Made by a program: the position numbers and the translations under genes. This document shows positions 1 to 13,468 of a stretch of DNA of 64,000 nt, piece by piece. The stretch comes from Eledone cirrhosa (lineage: Eukaryota), in the NCBI GenBank assembly GCA_964016885.1, contig OZ024740.1:340318001-340382000 (forward strand), written 5' to 3'. A model generated the notes under the pieces. The model did no database searches. It worked only from the letters and a program-made list of their open reading frames with translations, and was not told where the DNA came from. Every line of letters begins with the position of its first letter. Position 1 is the stretch's first letter.

Positions 1-1137
1 TTCTTCTCTAGTTCGGCCATTGATTCGCCAAGATAAAATGCACCCAGTATACTCTGTAAAGTGATAGCGCTGATATAATGATAAAACACATCTAGTCCAC
101 TCTGTAAAGTGGTAATACTGGTACCACAATAAACAGCACCTAGTACACTCTAAAGTGGTTGTTTTCAGAAGGGCATCCAGTTGTAGAAATTATGCTCAGC
201 ATGGAACGTATGAGCAAGACATGGCCCCTCCAATCCATCTAGTCTCAAATCATGACATTTTGTACAACCCTTGCCAGCATAGAACGCAAATGAATTATGA
301 TGATGATGATGGTGGTGGTGTTGGTGACGGTGTTGATAGCAATGGTGATGGTTAGCCTCCATGTTAGCTCTGATCAAAGGTATTCCAATCATAACAATCC
401 CATTTATTTCATACACTGTATTCAAGACTTGCTACATAAGACACTCTTCCTACAATAATAATAATCCAAGACTACATTATCTCGTATTAGTTTTCTTATT
501 TAAAAATGGTAGGGTGCATTTTGAAGGAGATCCAGCTGCTAATTCTAATAGGCAAAACAACCAAGTAGATTCCCCCTCATTTGCCTGTCAACCAAATGAT
601 ATACTATTCTGAGTGATGAAATTACAGCTTTTTGGGAGCATTTCACTAAAGTAGTAAATGCAACTAACTATTTAATGAAAACCCTAGGACAAGGATGGCA
701 ATCATTTTTGAGAGCATGTACCCATATTCATAATAATCTTCTACAAAAATTTCCTTGCATGTTTATAGGAATTTTTGAATGGCAAATTTTAATTTTGATT
801 AGATTTACAATAATAACAACAGCAAGCATGTTATCTCTTTTCATACTACCAACCTGCTTGAAACCACCCCTGGTTCTATGATACAATGCTATTTATATTT
901 ATCTAAAATCTTTCCATAAGAACTTTTGCTATGCTCTAATCACTAGCTTGATAAAGAAAAAGTTATATTACTAAATCACTCCAAATTCTTGATTATTTTC
1001 AAAATTATTTAAAAATCACAGATAGCACTTGTTATTAAAAATATGGTAATGAAAAAGTTCTCATTATTTGTCCTGCTAAAGCAGTGGTTAGCATTGTGGG
1101 CCCTAAGGTGGACTTCATACACATCTTGTAATCCATT

Positions 1138-1344
1138 TTAACCCTTTAGCATTTACATTACTCTATATTTACTATTGTATTTTCACATGATTATCTCACA
1201 TGATATCGCATTTGAGATTTTGATATTTATTTTGGACCTGATCGCATCTGAGATCAGTCTGAGTGGCTGGTTATAACCAGTTAAAACAAAAACAGGTGAG
1301 AAAATGCTGGCCGGATACGGCCGGTTTAAATGCTAAAGGGTTAA
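1138..1344. mobile_element. Non-autonomous piggyBac-like MITE (family 1)
   Basis: TTAA-CCCTTTAGCATTTA ... TAAATGCTAAAGGG-TTAA terminal inverted repeats with TTAA flanks. Similar copies at 10175-10400 and 59690-59915. Confidence 0.8.
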
Positions 1345-1513
1345 GGCAATATTTTACAACCAGATGCCTTTCCTGGTGCCAACAATTCTAGTTACCTTAC
1401 AACACACAGAAATATGGTGTACTTATTCTAAACTGGGTACACACAACACAGTTTTTATTTTTATTTGACAAAACATTGTATAGGGAAAGAAAACAAAATG
1501 TTTGAACTTATTC

Positions 1514-1915
1514 TTAACCCTTTTGACACCAATCTGTCCAGAACTACTTTTGCTGCTATGGAACAATTTAAATGGTCTGAATTACCATATATAAATATAA
1601 GCCAAGGAATATTTGACCAAAAACTTAATGGTAGAAAGGGGTCAGCTTATATTCTGAGTCAATATTTTGACGATTTTCACCAACTTCAAATTCTACATAA
1701 ATAAGGTTTGGATTTTTGCCCATTTTTCAGATATAAAATAGTGGGGTCAGCTTATATTTGAGTATATACGGTAAATTATAACTTTCCGGCATAAACTTTT
1801 TATTATATTAGAAATACATCTTAATTGAAATCATTTTAAGAAAACACTCCAAATTCATCAATATTTAAATCAAATACAGTATATTTTAATAGAAATATGG
1901 TATTGAAAGGGTTAA
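1514..1915. mobile_element. piggyBac-like MITE (family 2) containing a nested pogo/Tigger-like MITE at about 1584-1772
   Basis: TTAACCCTTTTGACACCA ... TGGTATTGAAAGGGTTAA ends. The inner element has TACCATATATA ... TATATACGGTA inverted ends. Confidence 0.65.
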
Positions 1916-2794
1916 AGAAGTTTGCCTCGAGTCTTTGATGACATAATGTTAGTAATAGACAATACCAGTTATACACATACTGCTGTATTGACAAGATGAT
2001 GACTTGCTACTAAAGAATAAATATATTCCTTAGTAACAAGTGTGCAAAGGAGTGAGTGTTTGAAAGAGAAGGAGAGTGCAATAAAGAGAGGGTAAATGTG
2101 AGAAAGAGTGTACATGGAAGAGGGTGAGTGCGAGTGAGAGAATGTGTGTGTGTGTGTGTGCATGTGCAAGAATAGGTGAGTCTACGTGAGAGAGGATCTG
2201 TGTGAAAATGAGTGAGTATGTAAGCAAGAGAATGTGAGCGAGAGATTAATTTGATAACGTAAATCAGTGAATGTTTTTTTCTAAAACCACACATAAGAAC
2301 AACAAAATATTCATAGACATAAACTAACACTTATCTGAGAGCTATCTATCCAGGTAAATAAAGAAAAGCTGTTATATATCAGGTATTACTAATAGATTGT
2401 AGTCAAAGAAGTGACATAGCATTGATCTATGATAAGTTAATGCTACTAATGGACAGCAGACATTTGTCAAAACTTCCAAAATAGTAAGTACATTTAGGTA
2501 AAGGATATAGTGATGTGGTTAAGAAGTTCACTTCATGACCATGTGGATCCAGGTTCAATCTGCACAGCACCCCAGGCTTCTAATGTAGCCCATTGTGTTT
2601 GTACATGTGTACATACATACAAATGGACATGGTTTTTTTAGTCAGTTTTTCTATGGTCAGATGCCCTTTCTAACACCAACCCATACTTTATAAGTATGGC
2701 ATATTGTGCTCATCTTCATCAAACATAAACAAACACTTGCATGGAACAGGATCAATGTGAAGATGCAAACAGAAACCTTCAGACACATACACAA

Positions 2795-2955
2795 ACAGGC
2801 TTCTGCACAGTTTCCATCTACCAAATTCACTCACAAAGCAGTTGTCGAGTTAAGGCTATAGTAGAAGACACTTACCCTAGGATTCACATAGTGGGATGAA
2901 ACCCAAAATCATATGATTGTAAAGTGAACTTCTTAACCACACAACCACGTCAATG
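2795..2955 (-). mobile_element. Old tRNA-derived SINE
   Basis: Reverse complement reads GTGTGGTTAAGAAGTTCACT...GGTTTCATCCC...TTTGGTAGATGGAAACTGTG. Similar segments at about 2510-2600, 10428-11010, 14170-14305, 16705-16860 and 18260-18395. Confidence 0.6.
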
Positions 2956-3516
2956 CTTATAACGATAAGTTGATTTGATCAAGTAAAACCCTTGAAAATG
3001 GTGCCCTAGCATGGCCGCAAACAAATGAGTGAAACCAGTAAGAATTAAGAGTAAAAGGAATATACTATTATATTTTAAAGTGGGATGTGCAAATATATAG
3101 AATGCATTTAAGAGCAGATCTTATAAGAGAGGGATTCTGCCAGTATATTGGGTTATGGCCCAGAGAGCAAAAAAGGGGCTTGTAAATAATTGGAGTTCAT
3201 TTACTTGAAGAAAAAAAAAACCTTCTCAGCCTTCTTGAATTTTGAGAGGAGCAACAACCCCCCACCCCACCTTAAGGCTCCAAAACAGTCTTGCTTCACC
3301 TTACAAATTTGTTTTTCAAGATCATGTAAAAAAATTAAAATTGTGGGAACCGGATAGGATTCAACCTCACATCTCATTGTTTATACCTCAATATACCAGC
3401 ATGCATCAGCTTTTCCTCCTCTTATAAAACAATAGCAACCAAATCTCTCTTCTCTCTCAAATTGCCCCCTAGTCTTAAACAATGAAAGGACTATTGAATA
3501 ATGCAGTCCTAATGAA

Positions 3517-3720
3517 GGTGTGTGGCCTGGTGTTTAGGGTGTTGAGCTCATGATGGTAACATTGTGGGTTCAATTGCTAGATCAAGTAACACATTATCCC
3601 CTTAAGCACGGTATTTTGTTTCTTATTGCTCCAGTTTACTCAGCTGAAAAATGAGTACTAACATTAGCTAAGGTGGATCTTATACTCTCAGTCATTTAAT
3701 GCCACATAAACCAGGATAAG
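3517..3720 (+). mobile_element. tRNA-derived SINE, diverged relative of the 17590 family head
   Basis: GGTGTGTGGCCTGGTGTTTAGGG A-box-like and GGGTTCAATT B-box-like motifs, followed by the TTGCTCCAGTTTACTCAGCTG core shared with 17590-17926. Confidence 0.65.
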
Positions 3721-3826
3721 CTCTGGTTTCAGAAAAACTTTTTTTTTAAGATATACTCCTAAAAAGACAAAGTGGTTACAGTTGGATTGTCAACAACAAC
3801 AAGCAACAAACTGTTTTACAACTTAC

Positions 3827-4000
3827 CCACAGCATACATGCCACCAGCCTTCAGATAAGTAATATCCTAAAGTTCGCAAGCGAGGACACCTGGAACGCTT
3901 TTGTTTCATCAAAGATTCACTTTCATCCATTTCGAAGTCTTCACCATTAAATATCAAAGGAACTTCATCCATTCCATCTTCATCTTCGCCGTCATATTGT
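3827..4000 (-). CDS. ATP9B: Internal coding exon of a probable phospholipid-transporting P4-ATPase class II (ATP9A/ATP9B-like), N-terminal region
   Basis: Polypyrimidine-CAG acceptor (TTTTTTTCAG) and GG|GTAAGT donor enclose 174 bp, phase 2 to phase 2, with an open frame: QYDGEDEDGMDEVPLIFNGEDFEMDESESLMKQKRSRCPRLRTLGYYLSEGWWHVCC(G). From memory this matches the ATP9B N-terminal pattern DEMPL...GW...CCG. Not verified by search. Confidence 0.72.
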
Positions 4001-4902
4001 CTGAAAAAAACAAAAATTTAAAAAGATTATAGATGTTTCTCCAAAGTTCATCACTACAAATTAAGAAATATGTTAACTCTTTTGATACCAAAATGCCCTG
4101 GTTTTCTGATATAAAGATGTTTATTTTAAAGTGTTTATATTGATCTAAAAACCTATTATAATTTTTTGCAAGCACCTTTGTTAAGCTGTGCTCCAAACAC
4201 CAGCTTACTAATCATAAAGTTAAATCCCTCCAAATTCTTAATTATTTTCAAAATAATTTGAAAATCATAGACAGTATCTTTTCACTAAAAATATGATAAT
4301 GAAAGGTTAACTATTCCCTATTCTGCAGTCTGTGAGGTTCAGCCATTCTTTAGCTTGAAAGAAACAAATGTGTATTATTGTGTAAAAGACTAATTTTTAA
4401 ATTGTAGCTAGTAAGTTTTAGTGCCAAAAATGTAATGGTACTCATGTGCCAAATTCATACTGATATATATTTAGTTATTTTTGTAAATTACAGGTCCAAA
4501 CAAAGTAACTGAAACAAATCTTATCAAAATACCTCTTTTATCTTATTTTTAACAATCTTTTGAAAATTGTTATCCTAGCCTGGGGGATATCTAGATATTT
4601 ATAAAACAGTAAAAAACCCTTAACTAGTGAGAGAATCATAGGCTTACTGTCCTGATACAGTGGTGTGTCTTGGCCATTTTGAACCTGGCAGAACCCACCC
4701 CTGTCCAGTTGGAAAGCAGGTGATTTTTCAAGAGAAAGAGAGATAAAGGAAGAACTATCCCCTATATTAGAGAAGTAATTTATGAACCTCAAAAGAATGA
4801 AAAGCAAAGTTCACCTTGGCAGGATTTGAACTCAAAGTGCAATAAGCTGCAACAAATACCAAATCATTTTAAAACCCTAATGATTCTGTCAATTTGACAT
4901 TA

Positions 4903-5800
4903 CCGTTTTACGTCCGTGCTTCCATGCTAGCATGGGTTAGACGAGTTGTCCTGTTGTGGGCAGTGTCCAGTCGGCTGACCTTGTCTTACTGGAACTGATT
5001 CTGGCATGATTTCTACAGCTGGATGCCCTTCCTAACACCAACCTCATTTACAGTGAGTGCTGGGTGCCTTTTTTCCGTGGCACCTGCACGTCCACTTTAC
5101 AGTGTGGGCTGGGTGCTTTTTTGCCGCGGCACCTCCACGCGGGTCTTCTGTATTACTGCGTGACGCTAGAGGTCACGGTCGTGTGTCATCGCCTTTGAGA
5201 AGTGCAATTGGATAAGGTCGGCTTTTATCACCTCATCCCAGGTCTTCCTGGGTCTCCCCACTCCACGGCTTCCATCGACTTCCAGTGCTCTGCACCGTTT
5301 TATGCAGCTGTCATCCTTCATACGCATCACATGTCTATACCAACGCAACCTCCTCTCCTGCACACAGCATTTGATTCCTCTTATGCTTAGTCTCTCTCTC
5401 AATTCATTTATGCTTTACCGTTCGCGTATATTACTATTACACATCCATCGGAGCATGCAAACTTTGTTTCTTTCTAATCTGCGCAAGTCTTCTACACACA
5501 ACGCCCAGGTCTCACTACCATGTAGCATTGCTGTTCGTATGCACGCATCATACAGTCTGCCTTTCATTTTGAGGGAAAAGCCTTTTGCAGCTCGCAGTGG
5601 CAGTAGCTCCCTGAACTTCTTCCACCCCGTTCTTACCCTGGTTACTGTACTTACCGAACACCCACTGCCACTGTTAATTCGGTCACCTAGGTAGCGAAAA
5701 GCTGTCTACTGTTTCTAGAGAGCCCTCCCAAAGTTTGGTGGTGCTTGTTTCCTGTTGCCGTATGCTGCTTGCTGTCCCAGCACAGCTGCTACATGTAAAG
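4903..5800 (-). mobile_element. 5'-truncated RTE-clade LINE (subfamily C) with 3' UTR
   Basis: Minus-strand translation QERRLRWYRHVMRMKDD...GRPRKTWDEVIKAD matches the C-terminus of the 35252-37294 ORF. The 3' end reads CCCATGCTAGCATGGAAGCACGGACGTAAAACG. Confidence 0.9.
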
Positions 5801-7387
5801 CCTACATTTATCAATAAATATAGCACTCCAAATTTCCAATACATGGACCATTGCACAAATCATGTATATTGGACAATGCATTCTGGAGTTACCATGATTT
5901 AAAGTTCTTTCAAAATAAAGCAAAACCTGTCATGAAATGCAATTTTTAAAAACAAAAGTTAAAGTGATATTATATCTATTGTACTAAGTTGGTACATAAT
6001 ACATTAGAATCACAATTTCCACAAGTTTTCAGTTTATCAACATATCAAGTGTGAAATTCATTGTGCATCTGTACAACAGACATCCCAGCTTGCACTTGTC
6101 AGCAAAAATGTTAGTATTTTTTTTTAAATGATAGCATACGTTCAACTAATTGATGTGTGTAAATGAAATATTTCAAGTACTGTAAGTGTTTGGTATAATG
6201 GTTATTTGTGCTAAGCTATTTTTTTTTTAATAACAAACTTCAGTTACATCATCATCATCATCATTTTACATCTGTTTTCTATGTTAGCATGAATTGAGTG
6301 GGTTGTCAGGGTTCAAGACTAAACTGGTTGTATAACCCCACCTTGCTCATACATTCCATATTTTGGTATGATTTCTATGGCGAGATGTCCTTCATAAAAG
6401 AATATACTGGGCACATTTTATTGTGCCACTAGCACCAACACGAGAATTTGTCAAGTCCTTGACAAGACCGAGGAGTCCTCTCTACTCCATGTTGTCTCAT
6501 TTGCTCATCATTTATAAGGGGTACCAAGTACATTTCACCATTCTACTTACATTAAATTAAGTTGTCCCACACCCACTGCACGAAATATACACATTAACTA
6601 ATACATTCAAATCTCAAATATGAAAATTAAACTGTCATTTTCCTAATTTTTAACTGGATTATATTCCACAATAAATTGAATAAAATTATGTTTTTGTATT
6701 TGTCAATAGTGACACTGTTTTAATAAAATATAAACAAACAGTATCACAGTTAACTTTTCTCAGCTATTTTTTACATGCTATTTTTTACATGCTACTCTCG
6801 TTGTAAAGAAAATTTGAGCACACCTGCAGAAAGTCTGGACTTTGTAGATTCCAAATATATGTCCAGTTTTTTAAAAACTGGTAAAAAAAAAATTATTTTT
6901 TAAAATACTGTATGGTTCAGATCATAACTCCGTTTTAGTTTTGAAAGCTGGATGAGTACAAAAATAAATGGCATAAAGATTCATTGATTATAGAACTCAA
7001 GAATATTCCATCTTTTAGGGAAGTTCTTTCACAATCTAGGGCAGCTGATCAGTGTGTATTCCCAAGAAAACTCAGGCTTTTTTCTGTGCCACATAAAATC
7101 TTGCCAAACTAATAATTTTTTTTTTTAACTTGCTAGCAGGGAAAACATGTTAAATGATGATGCTGATGATTTCTCCACAGGCCACTACTTTCAAAAAAAT
7201 TAACTACGTTAATATATAAGTGAAAAAAAGTAAATTTATGTCTGCTTTTGGGGGATTACAAATCTCTTTTTAATTTTCTAGAAAAAAATCTCTGAATTCC
7301 ATCATACATGCAGGTTCCTCGTGCATGAATGTGCTATGTTTAGTATCAGCTTAGTGGTTTACAACTTAAATTTTATTTTTTTATGTT

Positions 7388-7628
7388 TAACCCTTTAGTT
7401 ACCAACCTAGCCAAAACCGGCTCTAGTTCTATAAAATAAAACCAACCATTTTAAAGATCTCCATTTTAAATTAAAATCTTCCAACATAATTTCATATAAG
7501 AATCTTACATTAAGTTACTATCTTAGTAATGAAATAAATGATAATTTTAATAAATCCCTCAACATTCTTGCTTAATTAATCAAAATAGACTGTATTTCAT
7601 TAGAAATGCGGTCATGAAAAGGTTTTAA
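7388..7628. mobile_element. piggyBac-like MITE (family 2)
   Basis: TTAACCCTTTAGTTACCAACC ... GAAAAGGTTTTAA. Relatives at about 4073-4310, 15030-15287, 18980-19525, 29577-29800 and 62340-62496. Confidence 0.6.
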
Positions 7629-7877
7629 TCAGAGCGGGAAGAGTAATGCCCATAACCCTTTTCCAGGCAGTTGAGACTAGAAAAGGAGGGGAAAAAGTAT
7701 CCTAAAACAAAACATTTGGCCTGAATGCTTGCAACAGAGTAAATCAGGTAACAGATTAAGTCTATTACCTTAAAAGTTTACATTATAACAGTTTAAAATA
7801 TAGCAGTTTTTGTAAATAAAATATTACAAAACTGAGAAAAATTGGGCTTAAATTAATAAAATAGTGAAATAACAGAA

Positions 7878-8069
7878 TACAATGAAATTCCGTTATAACG
7901 AAATTCATGGGGTATAAAAAAAAATTTGTTCTAACAAAAAATTCTTTATAACAAGATTGACCGAAACAAATCGAGCGTTTGTTTGTTATTACCTCAGGGA
8001 TTGAAAAAAAATTTTTTATACTGAAAAATCCATTATAATGGTATTCGTTATAATGGAATTTTACCTGTA
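7878..8069. mobile_element. Tigger/pogo-like MITE
   Basis: TACAATGAAATTCCGTTATAACGAA ... TTCGTTATAATGGAATTTTACCTGTA imperfect terminal inverted repeats with TA flanks. Confidence 0.7.
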
Positions 8070-8599
8070 CACTATTAAAAAAAAAATGAGAAACTAAAAT
8101 AAGGAACAAATATTTTCATTCCTCTGATTCCTTATTAAATAATTCCCTAACCTTCCTTTTTTACCTTTCTCTATTTTTAACCCCTGTTGTTAAAGCCAAC
8201 AGATTCCATAATCATTTTGCTCTCAACACCAATATCTGCCACTTCTGTTCATCCAAGAAACAAATTAACAAAGTAGAAAGCAAACTGGCAAAGTTGTTAG
8301 AATAGCATTTTAAATATTGCAGTATTTGTTCTGTCTCTGCACTCTTGAGTTCAAATCCTACCAAGATCATTTGCCTTTTATCCTTTCAGTGTTGACAAAA
8401 CAAAATAGCAGTCCAAGAATTGTTAAAGAGTCTGATAGTTGCTTTGTAGTAGCTGTGGTGAACTCTTCTGCCAAGAGTTGAGACCAGCAGATAGTACAGG
8501 CAATAGAAAAACCAATAGTCACATAGTTTCCTTGGTCAGATATGACAATCAGCTCTTTCCTTTATTCAACAGAGGATTATCAAAAAAGTTCATCAGGAC

Positions 8600-8790
8600 C
8601 TGATCTTCATCAGACTATTTCAACCTCTCCTTCAATAGAGACACCTATTTAGAAGTAAGCACCTGTATGTCTCATTCCTATACAAGAAAGAATACTTTTA
8701 TGACCCTCACTAACTACTGCCTTATCCTCATCACCAACTTAATTCTCTAAACTGATTGAAACAATCATCCACATCATAACTATCAGTCTA
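8600..8790 (+). mobile_element. Decayed CR1/L2-like RT fragment
   Basis: Degenerate LFNLSF...(P)xNY..I.L....SKLIETII pattern of RT motifs 1-2. Confidence 0.45.
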
Positions 8791-10174
8791 TCTACCTACC
8801 TATCTATCTGTGTGTGTCTACCAAGCTGTCATGTCTATGTATTTATCTGTCTCTCTATCTCCCTACCTGTTTATCTGTCTGTTTTTTTCTATGTATCTAC
8901 CTGCCTGCCTACGTGTGTCTCTCTGTCTGTGTCACCATCTACATGTCTTCCAACAAGATGGTTAAGCTAGTTATGGATACATAATTACACTGGTGGTACT
9001 AAGAAAATAGAAAACAAAAATAAAAGCAAAGATGCTATAGTATATATTTATAAAACTTTTGACAGGGGTTTTGTACCCACCTCTCATCCCCACTCCACAC
9101 CTAACATCACAGGTACTCCTCTATCATTGCATGAACTCTCCTTTCACCCATCTATTGTTATTTCACCAGTACACTAACCTTTAACAGTTCAAGCTACCTA
9201 TCAACTGACAGTAGTAACATCACTCCTCTCCCTACCATACTTCCCCATTGGGATGGAGGTCTATGTGGAGTACTAACACTAAACATAGCATTTCATACAC
9301 AGCTACAGAAATATTTCCTAGAAAAGAGATATTCATCTACTAAAAGCTAGGTCATTTGGGTCAATTTAAAACTTTAGCAAGATAAACTCTTAAAAGCTGT
9401 TTTATTTATGAAATACCTAAAGGAGACAGCTGTTAGTTTTGTTTTTCTAGTACAACACCAACAATAAATGCGATATATAACAAAATATAGGCCATAATAG
9501 TAGAAGATGAGATATTTGCATTGATATCTATGGAATCCTGAAATAATGTCCTAAATTGTTTTGAATTAATGGAATGTTAGCTGTTGTATTGAAATAATTT
9601 GTGTAGGTGTATTTATTGCACAGCAAGTTGTTAGGCCAGCAGTAAGAGCCAGCACTACAATATAAAACACAATTTATAAAAGAATAAGTATAAAAGAAGC
9701 TTGCAAAAGTCAAACTTACATATTCACTATCAAATCCTCCTCACAATTAACACGCTATTTTCAAACATACCTGCACTATGGTCAATATGATGTCAGAAGT
9801 TAATTAAAGATTCAGACAATTTTTTTACTAATCAATAATCTTGTATGTAGGTAAAGAACACAAACCAATAGGCATTTATTTGAGCCAACAAAAAGCCAAC
9901 CAGTGTTATGTTAACATTCACCTTAAGTTATATATATAGGTCACCACAACTGGTGTGAAACTGTAGCAATCTACTGCTATTGAGAGAACCTCTACACAGT
10001 TGCTTGACATGCTAGAAATAGTAGCCAAATTCCCTCAAATCACACTACCATTTTTTTTTTAATGGCAAAGTCAGAAACGGAAGGGTAGTGTTCATGAATG
10101 GTTGGGGGAATTTCAAAGACTGGCCTAAATGCTTGCAACAGAGTAAACTCTGCTAAAGACATCCAAGTTCCTAT

Positions 10175-10400
10175 TTAACACTTTAGCATTTGCATTACTC
10201 TATATTTATATTAGTATTTTTACAGTAAAGACTTTACCTCACATAATTATTTCGCATAATATCGAATCTATGAGATTTTGATATTTATTTTGAGAACAAT
10301 ACTTTAACATCAGAATGAGTGACCGGTTATGGTCGGTTGGAACAGAAAGAGTTGAAGAAATTTTGGCCGAATATAGCTAGTTTAAATGCTAAGGGATTAA
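10175..10400. mobile_element. piggyBac-like MITE (family 1)
   Basis: Colinear similarity to 1138-1344, with degenerate TIRs. Confidence 0.75.
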
Positions 10401-10544
10401 ACCAAAGAAAAGAATGGTCCTGTCAAAAGGCTTCCACACCATTTCCATCTACTATATTTCACATACAAAGCTAGGATCAATCCAAGACTGTAGTAGAAGG
10501 CATTTGCCCAAAGTACCATGAAGTGGATCAAGCCCAAAACCATG

Positions 10545-10981
10545 TATGAGGGTGAGTTGAAAAGTTCAAAGGCTGACTATGAAGGAGTGATGCTAGTGCT
10601 GTGAAATCTTGCATGCATTAATTTCAACTCTTCTTATTAATCAGGCGTGTGGCTGAGTGGTTAGGGAATTGGATTCGGAATCGTAAGGTTGTGAGTTCGA
10701 TTCCTGGACCAGGTGATGCGTTATGTCCTTGAGCAAGACACTTTATTTCACGTTGCTCCTTCTACCTGGAGTTGCGACCGATAGATAGTATTAGCAATTG
10801 GAAAGACCAACGGAAACATTGTTCCCTCGGTCCGATTTGACGAAAGTCGATCGTTCCTATATATATATTTATTAATCATTACATTGATTCTTTCCAGGGA
10901 CTATGATGAAATATAAACCTCATTTGGTCATTCCATGACAGTATCTTGGTCAGCCTATGAACTTTTCAACTGACTCTTGTA
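10545..10981. mobile_element. mariner-like MITE containing a nested SINE
   Basis: TATGAGGGTGAGTTGAAAAGTTCAAAGGCTGAC ... GTCAGCCTATGAACTTTTCAACTGACTCTTGTA inverted termini of about 33 bp with TA ends. Confidence 0.8.
10643..10868 (+). mobile_element. tRNA-derived SINE with a non-RTE tail ending in (TA)n
   Basis: GGCGTGTGGCTGAGTGGTTAGG A-box, GAGTTCGATTCC B-box and CCTTGAGCAAGACACTTTATTTCAC core. TTATTAATCA occurs on both sides (10634-10643 and 10869-10878) as a probable target-site duplication. Confidence 0.85.
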
Positions 10982-11435
10982 GTTATGAAGAGAACTTAAC
11001 CATGCAGTGATGCTCATCTTAAAACAAAGACACATTGGCTGATGTTCTAGATACACAAAAAGATGGAATGGTCACAACTGGAACCAACTTTCATCATAGG
11101 TCTGCTCAATAAGAGTTGACCCAGAGCTAAACAACAACTACGACAATCATCATAATCATTATCGGTTTTATGTCCATTTTTCCATGCTCACATTGATTAG
11201 AGAAGACATTTTGAGGCAATATTCTAAAGCTATATGTCCTTCCTCATGTCAATCCATACTTGTTTCTAAGGTATTGATCTTTGCATGTCAAACCACTGAA
11301 ATGAGAGACTCCTGTTTATGCAAAACACAAACAAACATCACTGCTAACACTGTGAAATGTGAAGCAAAGAACCACACACACACACACACGTGCATACATA
11401 TAGATATATATCCATTTATTAAATTTTCCAGTCTC

Positions 11436-11870
11436 TAACAGAGGAGTTTAAAATCAGTTGTCCATGGGAACTTCTATAAGACCTGGTTCTTATAGCTGAA
11501 TCTATGAAAAAGCTAAAGCAGAAATTCTTAGAATCAAAAGGGGGCCCAGAGTAAACTTGGCAAAGGCCAAAGTGTTAGTAAGTAGAAAAGATGACAAAGC
11601 TCAGATACTATCAGGGAAGTAGCCATGCTAGACATGTAAGAAAGGAGAAGGTAAAAACTCTACATGATGTACACAATGTAAAATGTGGGTACACAAGTGA
11701 TGTAATGGGATAGCAGGTATACTAACAGAAAAAATAGTCTTTGTATGTATGTAGAGATAGTTGGTAATAAGAGCACCAGAAAAATAAACTTTTTCCGAAC
11801 TGAGGAAGTTCCACAGTGGTGGTTAATAACTATTTGCTACCTATATGACTTAATTAGCAAAGGTTGTTCT
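11436..11870 (+). mobile_element. Decayed RTE LINE fragment (RT motif 5 through the zinc finger)
   Basis: TEEFK..CPWELL...DLVLIAES...GK*PC..C similarity to 36297-36770, with many stops and frameshifts. Confidence 0.8.
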
Positions 11871-11998
11871 AAAAAGCATAGCGATCCTGTGAGTACACAA
11901 GTGGAACTCCAGAGTAACAAGGCTCACCACTAAGCCAAATAAATGAATATTCAAACTCTACTTCGGTATTGAGTACTCATTCTCATGTCCATCGATAA

Positions 11999-12137
<139 letters not shown>

Positions 12138-12179
12138 ATCTATATAATTTTAACTATTTACATATTTGAATAGATTTTA

Positions 12180-12385
12180 CAGGCTAAACCAACTGGCAAG
12201 AGACCTAGAGGTAGACTCCAAGCAAGATAGCTGGATAATATCCATGAGCTTGGCAGATCATGCTTGGGCATCCAGCCGGACCAGTTGGAGACAGGACCCG
12301 CTTCTGACAGGACCTGCTGGACAGAATGTTTGAGGATTCAGCTCCCATGGCCCTCTCAGGAATAAATGGGCGAAGAAGAACTATT
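12180..12385 (+). mobile_element. 3' end of a different RTE lineage (Expander/Rex3-like C-terminus)
   Basis: Translates as AKPTGKRPRGRLQAR*LDNIHELGRSCLGIQP...DRTCW. A related minus-strand copy lies at about 28985-29260. Confidence 0.6.
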
Positions 12386-13079
12386 TTCATATTAGTTAAT
12401 TACTATTCATATTCTAGGTTTTGCTCTAAATCCTACAACCAGTAACTTCAGTGTGATACTGGACTATGTTAGATGGTAATGAGATGGTCTATGTGTTGGT
12501 ATTTGAGTGATTACAAAAACAAAAATCGCTATGATTCTCAAGTGACATGATTGGTGGGGTATTTAGTTTATACAATAAAAGCTTTATCTGTGCCGATTTG
12601 ACAGGACCTATTTGATGTGATTGTTAGTATGATCGCCCAGCAAGCAATAGACATGTGTTTCAAATGCTGTGATAGGATTCTTTTTCTATCTTACGTCATA
12701 TTTATAAATGTTTTACATGTAATTTATATCTAAAAATAAAACCAGTTTACATTATAGTTCAGTGTGTGTGTATGTGTGCATCATCATTTTTACATTGACT
12801 TTTCCATGCTGGAATAGGTTGGATGGGACTTCTTAAGTCAATATTTTACAAGATGCCTTCCTGACATCAACCCTTTCAGTCACTTCTTAGGACATGCAGG
12901 GATACAGTGTACCTATTCTAATCTACCTATATATATTAGAAAGTTTGTTTAAAATACTATATTATTTAAAATATTCAAACATTAATTAATTAAGCACTCA
13001 ACATTTGTAGGTAGAGTATATAAATTTTATTTTCTAAGTAGCAGGATCTTCAAAATCTCAGCTTGATGGCTTTGAGCCA

Positions 13080-13468
13080 TCTTCTTAGTAAGATAAATGT
13101 AGAAGCACTTAGCTAAGAATAAGCCCCTATTCTTAGCATTCATCAACCTAGAAAAGGCTTTTGACTGAATTCCACACCCTATGATCGAGGAATTTAGGGG
13201 AAAATTAATGGCTTGTGAGGACTGTACAAGCCATGTACAGAGGTGAGAGTTAACTATGAGTACAGCGATGAATTTAATGTGTTGATAGGGGTCCACTAAG
13301 GCTGTTCTCAGTCCCATACTGTTTATTAGAGTGCTCCCGACCATAACAGAAGAATTGAAGACTGGTTGTTCTTGAGAACTCCTGTATGCTGATAACCTAG
13401 CACTCATGGCCAAAATCACAAAAGAATTAGAGAAGTTCTAGACATGGAAACAAAATGTGAAATCAAAT
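13080..13468 (+). mobile_element. Decayed RTE RT fragment (motifs 3-5)
   Basis: KHLAKNKPLFLAFINLEKAFD*IP ... GVH*G.VLSP.LF ... ELLYADNLALMA. Confidence 0.85.

Noticed and set aside
165-425. Poly-His ORF
   Set aside because: It arises from the degenerate (GAT/GGT)n tail of an old RTE-type 3' end read on the opposite strand.
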